Positions 51,801 to 63,592 of a DNA stretch of 64,000 bases are shown piece after piece (the stretch's first letter is position 1; the number at the start of each line of letters is the position of its first letter). The stretch covers positions 6,758,001 through 6,822,000 of the forward strand of contig CAIIXF020000001.1 of the NCBI GenBank assembly GCA_903813345.2, in the 5' to 3' direction. A program made the translations under genes and the position numbers. The notes beneath the pieces are model-generated. The model saw only the letters and a program-made list of their open reading frames with translations. It was not told the DNA's origin and made no database searches. This stretch comes from Owenia fusiformis (Eukaryota).

Positions 51801-54800
51801 AAGTTATTGGATTATTAGCTGCTTGTGTGTTGGCGACCGGATCTAGGATTGGCAGAGATATATTCGTGGATTATATAAGTTGCAGTCTAGAGGCGCCTTG
51901 GAGACACCTTGCAGAGTTGCAGTTTGTGAGTGTTGATTGATTTATGTTGTTCCTTTCTCTGATAGATTTGATGTATTGATCCATTTGTTCAGCGTAGCCA
52001 TTTTGTGACTTCATTTCTTCTTCGTCTTCTTCCCATAATTCATTGCGTGTCCGCCATCTTGGATAACTTCCGGGAGGCGAGTGACTCTGGTCTAATCTCA
52101 GTTTACTGATTGACATTCCTGAGTTATCTCGCCCAGAGCTGTTGTGATCTTGTTGAGAGACGTACTTACTCCCACATATGTGTGTGAGTTGGGTCTAATC
52201 TCATCCTTGATTGAAATTCCCGACTCATTTCACCAGAGTGGCGATTCGGAGCGAGAGGAGCTCCCATTGACGTGTATTGACTACTCCCAGGAGAGGGACA
52301 ACTCTGAGAGAGAGTGTGTTCCTATTGATGAGAGTTGGCTACTTCTGAGAGGTGACGACTTAGAGCAAGTGTCTTCTATTGAGGTGGTTAGCTGTATCTA
52401 GGGAGAGAGAGTGACAATTAGGAGCAAGAGTGCTTCCCCCTACGTGATCTGATAAGTCTCAGTAGAGAGACAACTTCGACCAAGAGGTGACTGACCATTG
52501 AGGTGGCTGACCTGCTAGCACAGAGGCAGAAATCTTGGGTCTAATCTCATCTTTGATTGATATTCCTGACTTCTTCTGTCTGGAGCTAGAATTCTCCCAT
52601 TGAAGGTGATTTCCACCCCTGCAGCAGAGCTGACAGGTAGAACCAAGCAGAGCAGGCAGAGCCGAGTAGATCAGACAGGCAGAGCTGAGCAGAGCAGAGC
52701 CGAGTAGAGCAGACAGGTAGAGCTGGGCAGAGCAGAGCCGAGTAGAGCAGGCAGAGCAGAGCAGGTAGAGCCGAGTAGAGCTAACAGGCAGAGTCGTGCA
52801 GAGCCGACAAGCAGAGCAGAGTAACCTAGACAGCTGTAGCAGAGCAGAGCTGACAGGTAGAGCAGAGTAGACTGGCAGAGTAGAGAGCAGTAGAGAACGA
52901 GCAGAGAAGACAGGCAGAGTCGAGCAGAGCTGACAGACAGAGCCGAGTAGAGCAGACAGCTGGAGCAGAGCAGAGTAGACAGCAGAGCAGGCAGAGCAGA
53001 GACAGACAACTCGGAGTCAGAGTGTTGATTCTCAGTGTATATAGAGATATTTATATTTGAGTTGTTGAGCCATAAAGGCATTTGAGCACATTTGTGAAAT
53101 TTATTGTTATATTATAGTGTTCAAAAGATTATTAAAATCCCGTAATTGATTGTTTTGTATATTCCTATATTCTCCATCTCCTAGCTCAGTGACAGCCGAA
53201 GCACCAAACTAGCTCGGCGCCTGTGAGAAACACCTCCGAATCCCTTATCATCGCCACCAGACCTTCTCCGAGGGAGTACGGGTACTCGGCGGGAGTCTGG
53301 CGCGCGACAATACCATACAAAAAGATCTTCAAGTTAATTTTTAACTCAACTTTAAGGTATGGAATATTTTCAAGAACAACTTAAAAGGAGAACTTAAAAG
53401 AGTTCAATGTCAATCTGCAATATAAGTTATTGAATGATTTGAAGTGCAATACAGGATATATTCTGCTTGAGAATTCCGTATTGGCACTCAAATTCGTCTC
53501 GTTCCAAAACAGAATTCTCGAGAACGAGACGAAGTCAAGTGCCAATACAGAATTCTCGAGCAGAATATATCCTGTATTGCACTTCAAATCATTCAATAAC
53601 GTTTTTATCGTGTGATCGATTGTCCCCTCCGTACCGATATTTTCTGTATTGCGACGGAGATGATCAACGGGGACAATCTCAGTAGCAATACAGCCTGGTA
53701 CAGCACAAGAACTGACCAATCAGAGGGCTTCATTTTACAGATCATACGACAATCAAATATATTGCTTAATAAGTGGAATACAATGAGCAAAGCAGTGATT
53801 ATACATACTCAAGTGCAATAAAATCACTAGGGAAGGGCATTTGTACTGAAGGGAGTGTTTTCGGTATATTTTTAAGGACATTTTTAAGTACAAAAATGCA
53901 CTGAAAAATGTACTGATTTTTGAAAGCAATTTTAAATATAATATATATTTAAAATTGCTTTTAAAAGTCAGTATATTTGATGAACTGAAAAATATATATT
54001 TAAAATTGCTCTTAAAAGTCAGTGTATTTTTCAGTACATCTTTGAACTTAAGAATGTCCTTAAAAAGTCAGTATATTTTTTGGTACATTTTTACCTAAAA
54101 TGTTCTTAAAAAGTCACTACATGAATATTTTTCAGTGCATTTTTGTACTTAAGAATGTCCTTAAAAAGTCAGTATATTTTTTGGTACATTTTTACCTAAA
54201 ATGTTCTTAAAAAGTCACTACATGAATATTTTTCACTACATTTTTGTACTTAAAAATGTCCTTAAAAAGTAGTCAGTATATTTTTCAGTACATATGTCTC
54301 AATTTTAGAGTTCCTGATCAAGATGTCTAGAATTACACACACCTTGATTGCAAATAGAAGGGAGAAAGGAGCCCCCCTCCCCCACCCTATAAATTGCTTG
54401 CTACGTCAGTGTATCGAGTAAATGTTCCAATACAAATGAACAATTGTTAATACAAGTGATTCTTCTGATTCTAAAACAGTTAGCAGATAAACCCGGATCT
54501 CTTAAATTGGTATATATATCTTTAATCAGCATATGTTTCAGCATGTGCACTAAAGATATTAAAAGCCCATGGTTTCAGTACATTTTTGTAATTAAAAATG
54601 TCCTTAAAAGTCAGTATATTTTTCAGTATATTTTGTACTTAAAACGCCCTTAAAAAGTAAGTTCATTTTTCAGTATACTTTGTACTTAAAATGTTTTTAA
54701 AAAGTCAGTATATTTTTCAGTACATGAATATACTGAATTTTGTACTTAAAAAGTCAGTATATTTTTCAGTACATAAATATACTGAATTTTGTACTTAAAA

Positions 54801-55626
54801 AAGTCGGTCCATTTTTCAGTACAAATATGTATGCTGAATTGCTGATGTACTTACGAATGAATTGCATTTTTCAAAAGTGTTTCCGGCCACACACGCTTCA
54901 AGTCACGATGTTGAAAGCGTCCATTTTTGATTGGTGATTGTTTGACAGACACCACACATGACATGGCATCCACGATCCATTGAGGGTCAATGACGATGCA
55001 ATCTCGCAGGTAATCATTGTCAAAGTATTGCACGGTTCCCAGGAAAGTCAGGAATGTGATAGCCTCTTTCATCTAGATAATATAAAGGGAACATTGTTTC
55101 ATGATTATAATGAGCACAATTTACAAGTGGTATAACAGACATGTGACTTGAAATAGCATTGAAAAGTGAATGAATGCTACGACTGGTCAAAATGTCAAAA
55201 TTGAAATATGGATCAGTTTTCTAGTTATTTTGTTATGCAGGCTGATGAGCTGAAGATTATCAAAACAAATTGCTCAAAAATCACACCCCCAGTACCACTG
55301 CCATCCATTGTATCAGAACTTAATGTGAACACTTAAAATACCAGTTCACACCAGCAATGCTTCATTCAGACAGGTTTAACTGTACATGTACTTTGAAACT
55401 AAAATGAGATAACACTGAGATCCCTACTCACATCGTCATGTTCATAGATGCCACACTTTGTGCCAAGATTTAATTCCTCCATTGCATTCCATGTGATCAC
55501 AGTCTTCTCCTTGGAGAGTCTGATCATCTCTTTCTCAAGGTCTAGCCAGGCTTGTGGGATCTTCTCTCCCATATAAGGCTGCTTCATCGTCTCTGTCATC
55601 AAATCATCCTTCAGTTTACTTATACC
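33861..55626 (-). CDS. ROCO-family protein (end of Roc, COR, two TIR domains, C-terminal Cys/His domain, CaaX); 5' exons outside the window
   Basis: Frame-consistent GT-AG exons (minus): 55626-55432, 55072-54855, 49908-49773, 46422-46235, 45609-45459, 40392-40275, 40031-39836, 39665-39599, 39218-39057, 38453-38358, 37994-37821, 37489-37307, 36920-36669, 36381-36202, 35179-34890, 34663-34458, 34090-33861. COR motifs: GEKIPQAWLDLE, FLTFLGTVQYF...VIDPQW, IVPCLL, YLPTGLFNRVQVRL, IWKRG. TIR motifs: DIFFCY...LVFMSDEF and CFISYCW...CWIDIE...VVVCVSEQYADSTNCMMELRFA. Ends CVIL-stop. Confidence 0.88.
35561..36132. mobile_element. Possible degenerate TTAA-targeting (Kolobok-like) element
   Basis: TTAA-AGGGT...ACCCT-TTAA termini, but complementarity is short. 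Confidence 0.35.
37307..37994 (-). CDS. Exons 37994-37821 and 37489-37307 encoding the second TIR (TIR_2-like) domain of the ROCO protein
   Basis: PCFISYCWANS...GIDCWIDIEQTGQ / NDLFESISNGLRHSKVVVVCVSEQYADSTNCMMELRFAACALNKPIIVAIV. Confidence 0.85.
38841..39036. mobile_element. About 195-bp MITE, copy 2
   Basis: caggcccgtagca...tggctacaggcctg termini; flanks ctata/ctgta. Confidence 0.8.
40552..42521. mobile_element. Transib-like non-autonomous DNA transposon (1.97 kb)
   Basis: About 70-bp TIRs beginning CACGG(A/T)GCGGTAG; exact 5-bp TSD ATTAG (40547-40551 and 42522-42526); internal caaactgcgcgccta repeats. Confidence 0.8.
47748..49277. mobile_element. Second copy of the same Mutator-like family nested in the opposite orientation
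   Basis: 47748-48052 is the reverse complement of about 49360-49685, and about 48905-49275 is the reverse complement of 46781-47138. Confidence 0.75.
48891..48961 (-). pseudogene. tRNA-derived (tRNA-Gly-like) pseudogene inside the Mutator-like element
   Basis: ggtggtctagcggaagaatgctcgcttagcacgcgggaggcccgggttcgaaacc resembles the tRNA-Gly(GCC) D, anticodon and T arms. The loop reads AGC, the acceptor stem does not pair, and a T-run follows. A truncated copy lies at about 47088-47139 (+). Confidence 0.65.
51258..53309. mobile_element. Probable solo LTR (about 2.05 kb)
   Basis: TGTGACG...CGCGACA termini with ATAC duplicated (51254-51257 and 53310-53313); higher GC than the flanks; internal GCAGA-rich low-complexity tract at about 52620-53005; ATTAAA near 53130. 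Confidence 0.65.
53426..53600. repeat. 175-bp near-perfect hairpin
   Basis: gttattgaatgatttgaagtgcaatacaggatatattctgc... is complementary to ...gcagaatatatcctgtattgcacttcaaatcattcaataac. Confidence 0.9.
53860..54825. repeat. AT-rich degenerate tandem repeat (about 45-50-bp unit) with an orientation switch near 53940
   Basis: aaaagtcagtatatttttcagtacatttttgtacttaaaaatgtcctt-like units recur; interrupted at about 54295-54570. Confidence 0.75.
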
Positions 55627-56094
55627 CTGCAACATGAGAAGAGATTGTCTTTACTCTATATACATAATACAGTAATCTCCCAAGCATCAAAGCAAGTGGG
55701 CGCAGTACCCACCTGAGATTTTGAAAATAAGCTTGGATCCACCTGAAAATCCATTTGAACCCAATTGAAAATGAGAAAAAAAATCATGAAAAATGACTTT
55801 GTTCAACTGGCAATGATTCAACAGAAATTGATTAGAATTTAAAAACATAGATGGCATTACAGTCCTTCCTCCCATTAAAACCATTTACACATATAAATAA
55901 TCAGCACGTTTTGACCAATTTTGGTCTGAGTTATGCAGTAGAGATAATTTTTGAAAAACAACATTTCAATGATTCAAAATGTGTTCACGTTTGATACATT
56001 TCACTGTACTATACACAAATATATATCGAGGTCATTGGATTCCAGGACAGTATACTTTCAACAGTTAAAGCATTTGGATTGAGTTTTCAAAATC

Positions 56095-57693
56095 ATGGGA
56101 CATTTAAAAGTGTTCATGCTTTGTTGCATGATGATGGTTGTTTTTCCGGTGCCTTGTCATGGAAGTAAAATATTAATGTATCCTCTTGATGCAGGCTATA
56201 ATAGCAGACTTATGAACATGTTTAAACTCGGCAGAATGCTCATTAAGGCCAACCACCAGATCACATTTGTTGTTTCCGACAGAATGAAAGAAGATGCTTT
56301 GTTTAAATTGGCAGAGGGAGGAAAAGTGGATTCTAACCTTAATGTAATCAGCTATAAAACTCCACCAGTGGATCCGACAGTAATGCACGTGAGTACTGAG
56401 AACCAGGACTTTCTTGAAGCATTGATCATAAGGGACTTTGCACAGACTTTGAATCTTTTTGGTCAAGCATTAAGTATTGCACTGAATAGCACACTTCAGG
56501 ATAAAACTGTCATTGACCAATTGAATGCACAACAGTTTGACCTTATTATTGCGGATGAATTTTCACTGTATCCAAGAGTCATTGCTGCAGAAAGAAACAT
56601 TCCGATCATATTGTATTGCAATTTTGGCCCCATGTCTTCTGATTCTGATATCATTCCGAGGTACAGTTTGGCATATGTAAATGCAAATTTCAATAGATTC
56701 AGTGATGTTATGACATTTCTTCAAAGGCTGGAAAATGTATGGGATTATCTAAAAATTCAATGGGAAATGTCTGGTATCTACACATTAGCAGAAGCTGTTT
56801 GCCAAGAACATGGTTACGGGAAGTCTTGTGACAATATCAGGGGGATCCACAAGACTGTTAACCTTGTGCTCATGAACAGAAATGATGTTACTTATTACCC
56901 TGCACCCTATATGCCACATATTATTTCCTCAGAAGGGTTCTTCCTTGATAAACCAAAACCTTTGGATAGTTACTACACAGATGTTATAAAAAGGTCAGGA
57001 AGAGATGGTATCATCGTGGCTAGCTTTGGGTCAATGTTCCGGAGATTAGCACCGAAATATCGCACCATTTTTGCTGAAGCATTTTCTAAAATGCCGCAAA
57101 CTGTAATATGGAGCTACGAAGGTGAAACACCAGAAGGTCTTGGAGATAACACAATTGTTTCAAAATGGATTCCTCAAACTGATCTACTGGCAAATCCTGC
57201 AGTTAAACTGCTCATAACACAGTGCGGGGCTTCTTCATTATTTGAGGCATTAAACTGTGGTCTTCCTGTTGTTGCGATTCCCTTTATTGGGGACCAGGAG
57301 TACAATTGTCTTAAACTTGCGGACAGAGTCAAATCAGCCAAGTTTGTCAAGTTGAAAACTATTACGAGTGAACAACTACAAAGTGTAATGGAAGAGGCTA
57401 TAAATGATAAAACATACAGAGCAAATGCAAGGAAAGCCACATCAATATATCATGACCAACCCATTGATCCAAGAAATAAAACATTGTTTTGGATTGAGTA
57501 TGTCATTCGCCATAAAGGAGCAGCACACTTGAGATCAGCTGGGGAAAATCAGCTGAACTTTTTTCAATATTATCTTCTCGACATAGCTGGATTAGTTGCA
57601 GTCATTTTGTTTACTGCTTTGATAAGTTTGATTGTGATCCTGAAAGCAGTAATTAATTGCTTGCTAAAAACTTTAAAACATAAAAAGGACTAA
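56095..57693 (+). CDS. UDP-glycosyltransferase (UGT family, 532 aa), intronless CDS
   Basis: Signal peptide, FDLIIAD, SDVMTFLQRLEN, GIIVASFGS, signature WIPQTDLLANPAVKLLITQCGASSLFEALNCGLPVVAIPFIGDQ, FWIEYVIRHKGAAHLR, FFQYYLLDI, transmembrane helix and KHKKD ER-retrieval tail. Confidence 0.96.
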   Translation: MGHLKVFMLCCMMMVVFPVPCHGSKILMYPLDAGYNSRLMNMFKLGRMLIKANHQITFVVSDRMKEDALFKLAEGGKVDSNLNVISYKTPPVDPTVMHVSTENQDFLEALIIRDFAQTLNLFGQALSIALNSTLQDKTVIDQLNAQQFDLIIADEFSLYPRVIAAERNIPIILYCNFGPMSSDSDIIPRYSLAYVNANFNRFSDVMTFLQRLENVWDYLKIQWEMSGIYTLAEAVCQEHGYGKSCDNIRGIHKTVNLVLMNRNDVTYYPAPYMPHIISSEGFFLDKPKPLDSYYTDVIKRSGRDGIIVASFGSMFRRLAPKYRTIFAEAFSKMPQTVIWSYEGETPEGLGDNTIVSKWIPQTDLLANPAVKLLITQCGASSLFEALNCGLPVVAIPFIGDQEYNCLKLADRVKSAKFVKLKTITSEQLQSVMEEAINDKTYRANARKATSIYHDQPIDPRNKTLFWIEYVIRHKGAAHLRSAGENQLNFFQYYLLDIAGLVAVILFTALISLIVILKAVINCLLKTLKHKKD

Positions 57694-58129
57694 ATTCACA
57701 TTTTAAAGACAATATGTAATACTTCACATCTTGATGTCATTATTACTTTTAGAGGTACTGTACTCCAACTTATATCCGATAGTATTAAATTTCTTGTTTC
57801 AAAGCTATTATATTTAACTTATTTTCAGTTTTTAATTTACAACTATTGGAATTTCGCAGCTATTATATTTTGCTTATCCAAACCTTTGAAACAGTGCAAT
57901 ATATAGTTGTACGCAAAAAATACCAGGAGTACAGTTTATCATAAAATGATAAAATAACAATCACTTATTAAAATGGTTGCCCTATTTTTCAAAATATGAT
58001 CTTTGACTAATCAGCATCATTATAAGATAATTAATAAAAACCATTTTAGTCAATACTAAAATGGTCTCGAAATGATATATATTAAAAACTGCTGAGATAA
58101 CAAAACTTGTATTTGTAATCATATTCATA

Positions 58130-58577
58130 TGGGACATTTACAAAAGTACACAAATTGATAACTCTCTCATATATAGCCACATAAATTATTGTATTCTTAT
58201 CTGGCGAAGAGCAACTAAAGCTTTAGTGTTTCAAATTCTGAAAGTACAAAAAAGATTCTAAAGACTGATTACAAACAGTGCTAGAACAGACGATTCCTCT
58301 CCACAATTTAAGAAAATAAAGATACTTAAATTAGTAGATATTCACAAGCTAAATGTTGGTATTTTTGTATTTAATTGTCTTGAACGACCAAAAGAATTTC
58401 CTCACTACAGTACTTCATATCAAATGCCCAAACTCATGGACAGGGACACGTTACAGATTCAATCTTAGATCTAATCAATTTAAATCCACATTTGGACAAA
58501 GGACCATTAAATACAGAGGACAGACAACATGGAATGAATTACCTGAAACTTTTACACATCTAAATTCTAGAAATAAG
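58130..58577 (+). mobile_element. 3' remnant of a CR1/L2-like LINE ORF2
   Basis: Disrupted frame reading NSLIYSHINYCILIW...VQKRF*RLITNS...QFKKIKILKLVDIHKLNVGIFVF, then FGQRTIKYRGQTTWNELP; resumes briefly after 59392. Confidence 0.7.
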
Positions 58578-58581
58578 TTAA

Positions 58582-59388
58582 CCCCCCTGTCACACCAAAC
58601 TAGTTCTTACCCGTTCTTGCCAGTCCTACGCAAAAGTCATAAAACGGGCTCAATCTGGCTGTGGTCAGGAAATATGTCTAAAATAATTAGCTACTTCGTT
58701 CATAAAAAGTCTTCAATACGTCCATCTCATTCGCAGTTCGTTCAGGTCGCACCAGGTCGGTGTGCAACGTCATATAACGCGTCCCTTAGTCTAGAAGGTC
58801 ATCATGACCTGATTACAGAACGGTATGGTCGCCATCGAATTTTGAATCTATTCAAAATTCTAACATCACCTTCCCGTCTGAGAACGTTCATGAAGTTCGT
58901 AAATAGACCTTAGAAAGTTGCAGCTACGTTCATTCCGTTCGCACACAGTTTAAAACCAGTTTTGAAGAACACAGTAGCAACTTGTTTGGTGTGATAGCTA
59001 TATTTTTGCTAACTCGTTCATAAGCAGTCTTAAATAAGTTCTTTATCAGTTTAAACCCGTTTGCAATTAGTTCTACCCCTTTCTCAATACGTCCTCAGAC
59101 AGTTCAACACGTTGTTAAAACGTCCCTAGTAGGATTGAAGTACGACGGTTCCATTTGTAGTACGTCCAGCTCGTCGTTAGTACGTTGTCACTTATTCTAA
59201 TTGTAGAACGTATCAACCACCAGAACATTTTGAGCATGTTCTAAGTTCTAGGGGACCTACCCATTCGAGTACGTTCGATAAAGTTTGTATATGGACCCCA
59301 AACAGTTCTAGGTATGTCCAGTCCGTTCGTACACAGTTGAAGGCCGTTTTCGAGAACATAGTAAAAATAGTTTGGTGTGATAGTAGGG
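58582..59388. mobile_element. piggyBac-like MITE (807 bp) inserted in the LINE remnant
   Basis: TTAA-CCCCCCTGTCACACCAAACTA...TAGTTTGGTGTGATAGTAGGG-TTAA. Confidence 0.7.
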
Positions 59389-59632
59389 TTAAGTCAGATT
59401 TAAAAAAGTATTATCTACACACGTATTAAATTAAACTGTATAACATTTAGCTATATGTGCTTTGCTCTGTCAAAATCGCCAATTTCTCGGAAACCGAGCG
59501 AACTTGAGAAATGGCGATGATAGGTCAAATAGGCATTATGGATATGCATAAAATGAATGTGAATATGACTCTATACGAATAGCAGTTTTAATTTGTGCAG
59601 CCAATGATACTTTTTGTCAAATTTTATAGAAT

Positions 59633-60780
59633 AACCAGAACAACGGCAACGCCAAAGCGTAGCGAATCCCATCGAACATTTTTCAAAAGGGGCACCTTCT
59701 ACCAAAAGTGTCATTAGACAGTGTGCCATGCTTATAATATTCACATACCAAATATGAACAAAATCGCTCTACTACTTTTCGAGTTATAGTAAAATACGTT
59801 AAAATGGTGGCCATTTTGAAAAATGGCCGCCTTCTACCAAAAGTCTCATTAGACAGTGTGCCATGCTTATAGTATTCACATACCAAATATGAACAAAATC
59901 GCTCCACTACTTTTCGAGTTATAGTAAAATATGTTAAAATGGCGGCCATTTTGAAAAATGACCGCCTTCTACCAAAAGTGTCATTAGACAGTGTGCCATG
60001 CTTATACGTATTCACGTACCAAATATGAACAAAATCGCTCCACTACTTTTCGAGTTATAGTAAAATAAGTTAAAATGGCAGCCATTTTTCAAAATGGCAG
60101 CCATTTTTCAAACTGTCTGCCATTTTTCAAAATGGTCGCCTTCTTCCAAAAGTGCCATTAGACAGTGTGCCATGCTTACAGTATTCAAATACCGAATATG
60201 AACAAAATCGCTCCACTACTTTTTGAGTTTTAGTAAAATAAGTTAAAATGGCGGCCATTTTTCAAAATGTCTGCCATTTTTCAAAATGGCCACCTTCTAC
60301 CAAAAATGTCATTAGACAGTGTGCCATGCTTATTGTATTCACATACCAAATATGAACAAAATCGCTCTACTACTTTTCGAGTTACAGCAAAAATCGTAAA
60401 ATAACGAGTAAAGGCGGCCATTTTTCAAGATGGCTGCCATGTGCTTTTTTAATATCTACATTTCTAGCTTTATTAATGTCCTATATATTTTTTTTTACAT
60501 TTAAAACATATTGCTATTACAGTTTTACATATTGCACCTAAATTACTGTAAAATCTGCACTAAAATGGCAGCCATTTTTAAATGAGTGGCCATTTTGAAA
60601 ATCGGCTTTCGAGCAGAACTTTTACCCCCATAGGCTATATGTGTACAAAATATGAATAAAATCGGGCCAACGGTATTTGAGTTATTGCCCGGACGGACGG
60701 ATGTACGTACAGACGGATGGACGGACGGACGGACGGAGGCGTTCCCTATATCCCTCCGAACTTCGTTCGATGGGATAAAA
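59633..60780. mobile_element. Helentron-associated (HINE-like) element carrying a 135-bp tandem array
   Basis: Units at 59701, 59836, 59971 and further degenerate copies; (GGAC)n microsatellite at about 60690-60738; terminal palindrome tatccctccgaacttcgttcgatgggata followed by an A-run. Confidence 0.7.
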
Positions 60781-62019
60781 ACCAAAAACTGTAATTTCAA
60801 GAGTTACATATACAGCAACTAGTACAAGTTAATTGAAAGTTCTACTTCAACAAAGTGTATAGTATTTACAGAAAATTTGACTTTTTGACGTCAAAAGCAG
60901 CAATTTCTCGGAAACCGGGGAACTTGGGGAACTTGGGAAATGGGAAACCGCGATGATTAGGTCAAATAGGCATTATGGATATGCATAAAATGAATGTGGA
61001 TATGACTCAATCTGAATAGCAGTTTTAATTATGTGGCCAATGTTTTTTTGTTTTTTTTATAATAAATTTATTTCTGATTTCATAAACATATCAATACAAA
61101 ACAGTGCATTTGATACATAATACAGTATAGAAATATACATGATATAAAAAGATATAATAGGATTCAGAGATAAACATTTATTTGAGGATCGTTGAAAGCC
61201 ATTTAACAAAATTAATTAAGCTCACTATCAATCACTGAAAATAGATGTTTATAACATACAATATTTCTACATATCACTAAGTTTAGATCAATATTTTTCC
61301 ATTTATCAATTTATTCTGACAATTAACACCACTTGGTGTAAATTGCTAAATAGATTATTGTAATAAGAATGTTTCTGAAGTGGGTTATGTTGTTTCCTAA
61401 AGGCCAACCAATAATTAAATGTTTATATTTGATATGACATTTTAGAATCTGACTAAATTTTCCCCGGGGGGTTCACTGTGTACAAAATTTGGTGGGGGTC
61501 CTAGGCTGAACCCTCAGATATCAATATATTCCCATACCAAAATGTCTAATTTGGATGTGTTCCCATACCAACCAATATAGTGTCCGAAAGCCATACCAAA
61601 TGCCTAAATATGAGACCAATGCCATACCAAATGTCTAAATACAGGACCAATGCCACACCAATGCTATGACTGGTCCAAAGTAGAATATTTCCCAGGAAAA
61701 AAGCTAATATTCAATCTGAAGAAGGTCCCAAGAAGAAGGTGATTTTTAAGGAAAACATTCCAAAACAACCTCAAATTTAAGGAAATGTGTAACGACTAGA
61801 CCAATGCCATACCACAAGTGTGAGATAACATATTTTCCATGACCATTCTCATTCCAGAAAATGGAAAAATGTGACCATTGCCGTACCTCAAAAGTCATAA
61901 TGTGGGGGCATTTTCATACCAGATCTTAAAATGTGGGTCCATTGCCATACCAAATGTCAAACAAGAACACAAATGTGTACAAAATGTCCCCACCAATGGG
62001 TGATCCCGTCTAATGGTTA

Positions 62020-63592
62020 TCTTGAAAATGGGTAAACAAGACTTAATTTGAGGATGGAAAATCCAAAATGGCGACCTTAAAATTTACCCAGAATGCCATG
62101 AAAATTTGAAATTGATCCATCACACAGTTAACCAGAAAACATGTAAACAAGACTTTACAGACAAGATTTTAGGATGGAAAATCCAAAATGGCTGCCTTGA
62201 CATTTACCCAAAATGTAAAAAAACTAATCAGTTTGTAAATTTTCATACTAAAATTCATCCCTGAAAATATGAAATTGATCTTCCGAATGGTTCACCTGAA
62301 AACGCATAGACAAGACTTTACAAACAAGATTTTAGGACAGAAGATCCAAAATTGCTGCCTTGACATTTACGAAGAATGCCAAAAAACTAAACAGATGTAG
62401 ATTTTCATACTAAGAATCATCCCTGAAAATTTGAAATTGATCTACCAAACGGTTCACCTTAAAACGCGTAGACAAGACTTTACAGGCAAGATTTTTAGAC
62501 GGAAAATCCAAAATGGCTGCATTGACATTTATCTATACTGCCAAAAAACTAATCAGATCTCGATTTTCATACTAAGAATCATCCCTGAAAATTTGAAATT
62601 GATCTACAGAATGGTTCACCTTGAAATGCATAGACAAGACTTTACAGACAAGATTTTAGGACGGAAAATCCAAAATGGCTGCCTTGACATTTACCCAGAA
62701 TGCCAAAAAACTGATCAATTCTAGATTTTCATACTAAGAATCACCCCTGAAAATTTGAAATTGATCTAAAAAACGGTTCACCTGAAAACGTGTAGACAAG
62801 ACTTTACAGACAAGATTTTAGGACAGAAAATCCAAAATGGCTGCCTTGGCATTTACCCAGAATGCCAAAAAACTAATCAGATCTAGATTTTTATACTAAG
62901 AATCATCCCTGAAAATTTGAAATTGATCCACCAAACGGTTCACCTGAAAACGCGCAGACAAGACTTCACAGACAAGATTTTAGGACGGAAAAATCCAAAA
63001 TGGCCGACAATAAAAAAGTGATTATGAGTTTTTGCTAATTTCCTTTTACAAAATTATCACATATAACTACTGTTAACAATAACATAGGCTTTTACAAGAA
63101 AGTACATCTGAAATTATTTATAAAGCTACTAAATAGTTAAAGTATGAAAACTCAAAAACACCATTCAATATGATACAAAGTATTATCGCGCGCTAACTTT
63201 TCTTAAGACATTCAAAATGGCTGCCATGACTGAGCTAACAGGTTCAAAACCTAATCAGATCTAGAATGAAGTGAGCTGAACAAGATATTAAAGTTTTAAA
63301 AGCAACTGTGAAGCCGTTTTTCTTAAAGTTTGCAGACAAGGATTTTAGCATTTGACTTCAAAATGGCCGACAGGAAGTAGGTTTCGAGTTAATTTTTTTT
63401 CATCCACATCTGTATGCGCTCATAAGTTATCCCTGAAAATTTGAAGGTGATATCTGTAGCGGTTTTGGAGAAAACTCCCGGACGTACGGACGGACAGACG
63501 GACGGACGGACGGACAGACGGACAGACGGACGGACGGACGCGCCTAGGCCGACAATATGGCCCCACACTTTGTGGTGGGGACATAATAAAAA
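62020..63592. mobile_element. Second HINE-like element carrying a 162-bp tandem array
   Basis: caagactt recurs near 62148, 62311, 62473, 62635, 62797 and 62959; (GGAC/AGAC)n at 63480-63540; terminal hairpin atggccccacactttgtggtggggacat followed by an A-run. The left boundary is approximate. Confidence 0.7.

Noticed and set aside
52671-53081. 136-aa Leu/Ser/Cys-rich ORF
   Set aside because: Translation of a low-complexity GCAGA repeat inside the probable LTR.
53381-53821. Overlapping ORFs on both strands with similar peptides
   Set aside because: Artefact of the 175-bp palindrome; the mirrored ORFs at 20600-20837 have the same cause.
58353-58913. 186-aa ORF as a host gene
   Set aside because: Chimeric read-through from a LINE remnant into a MITE.
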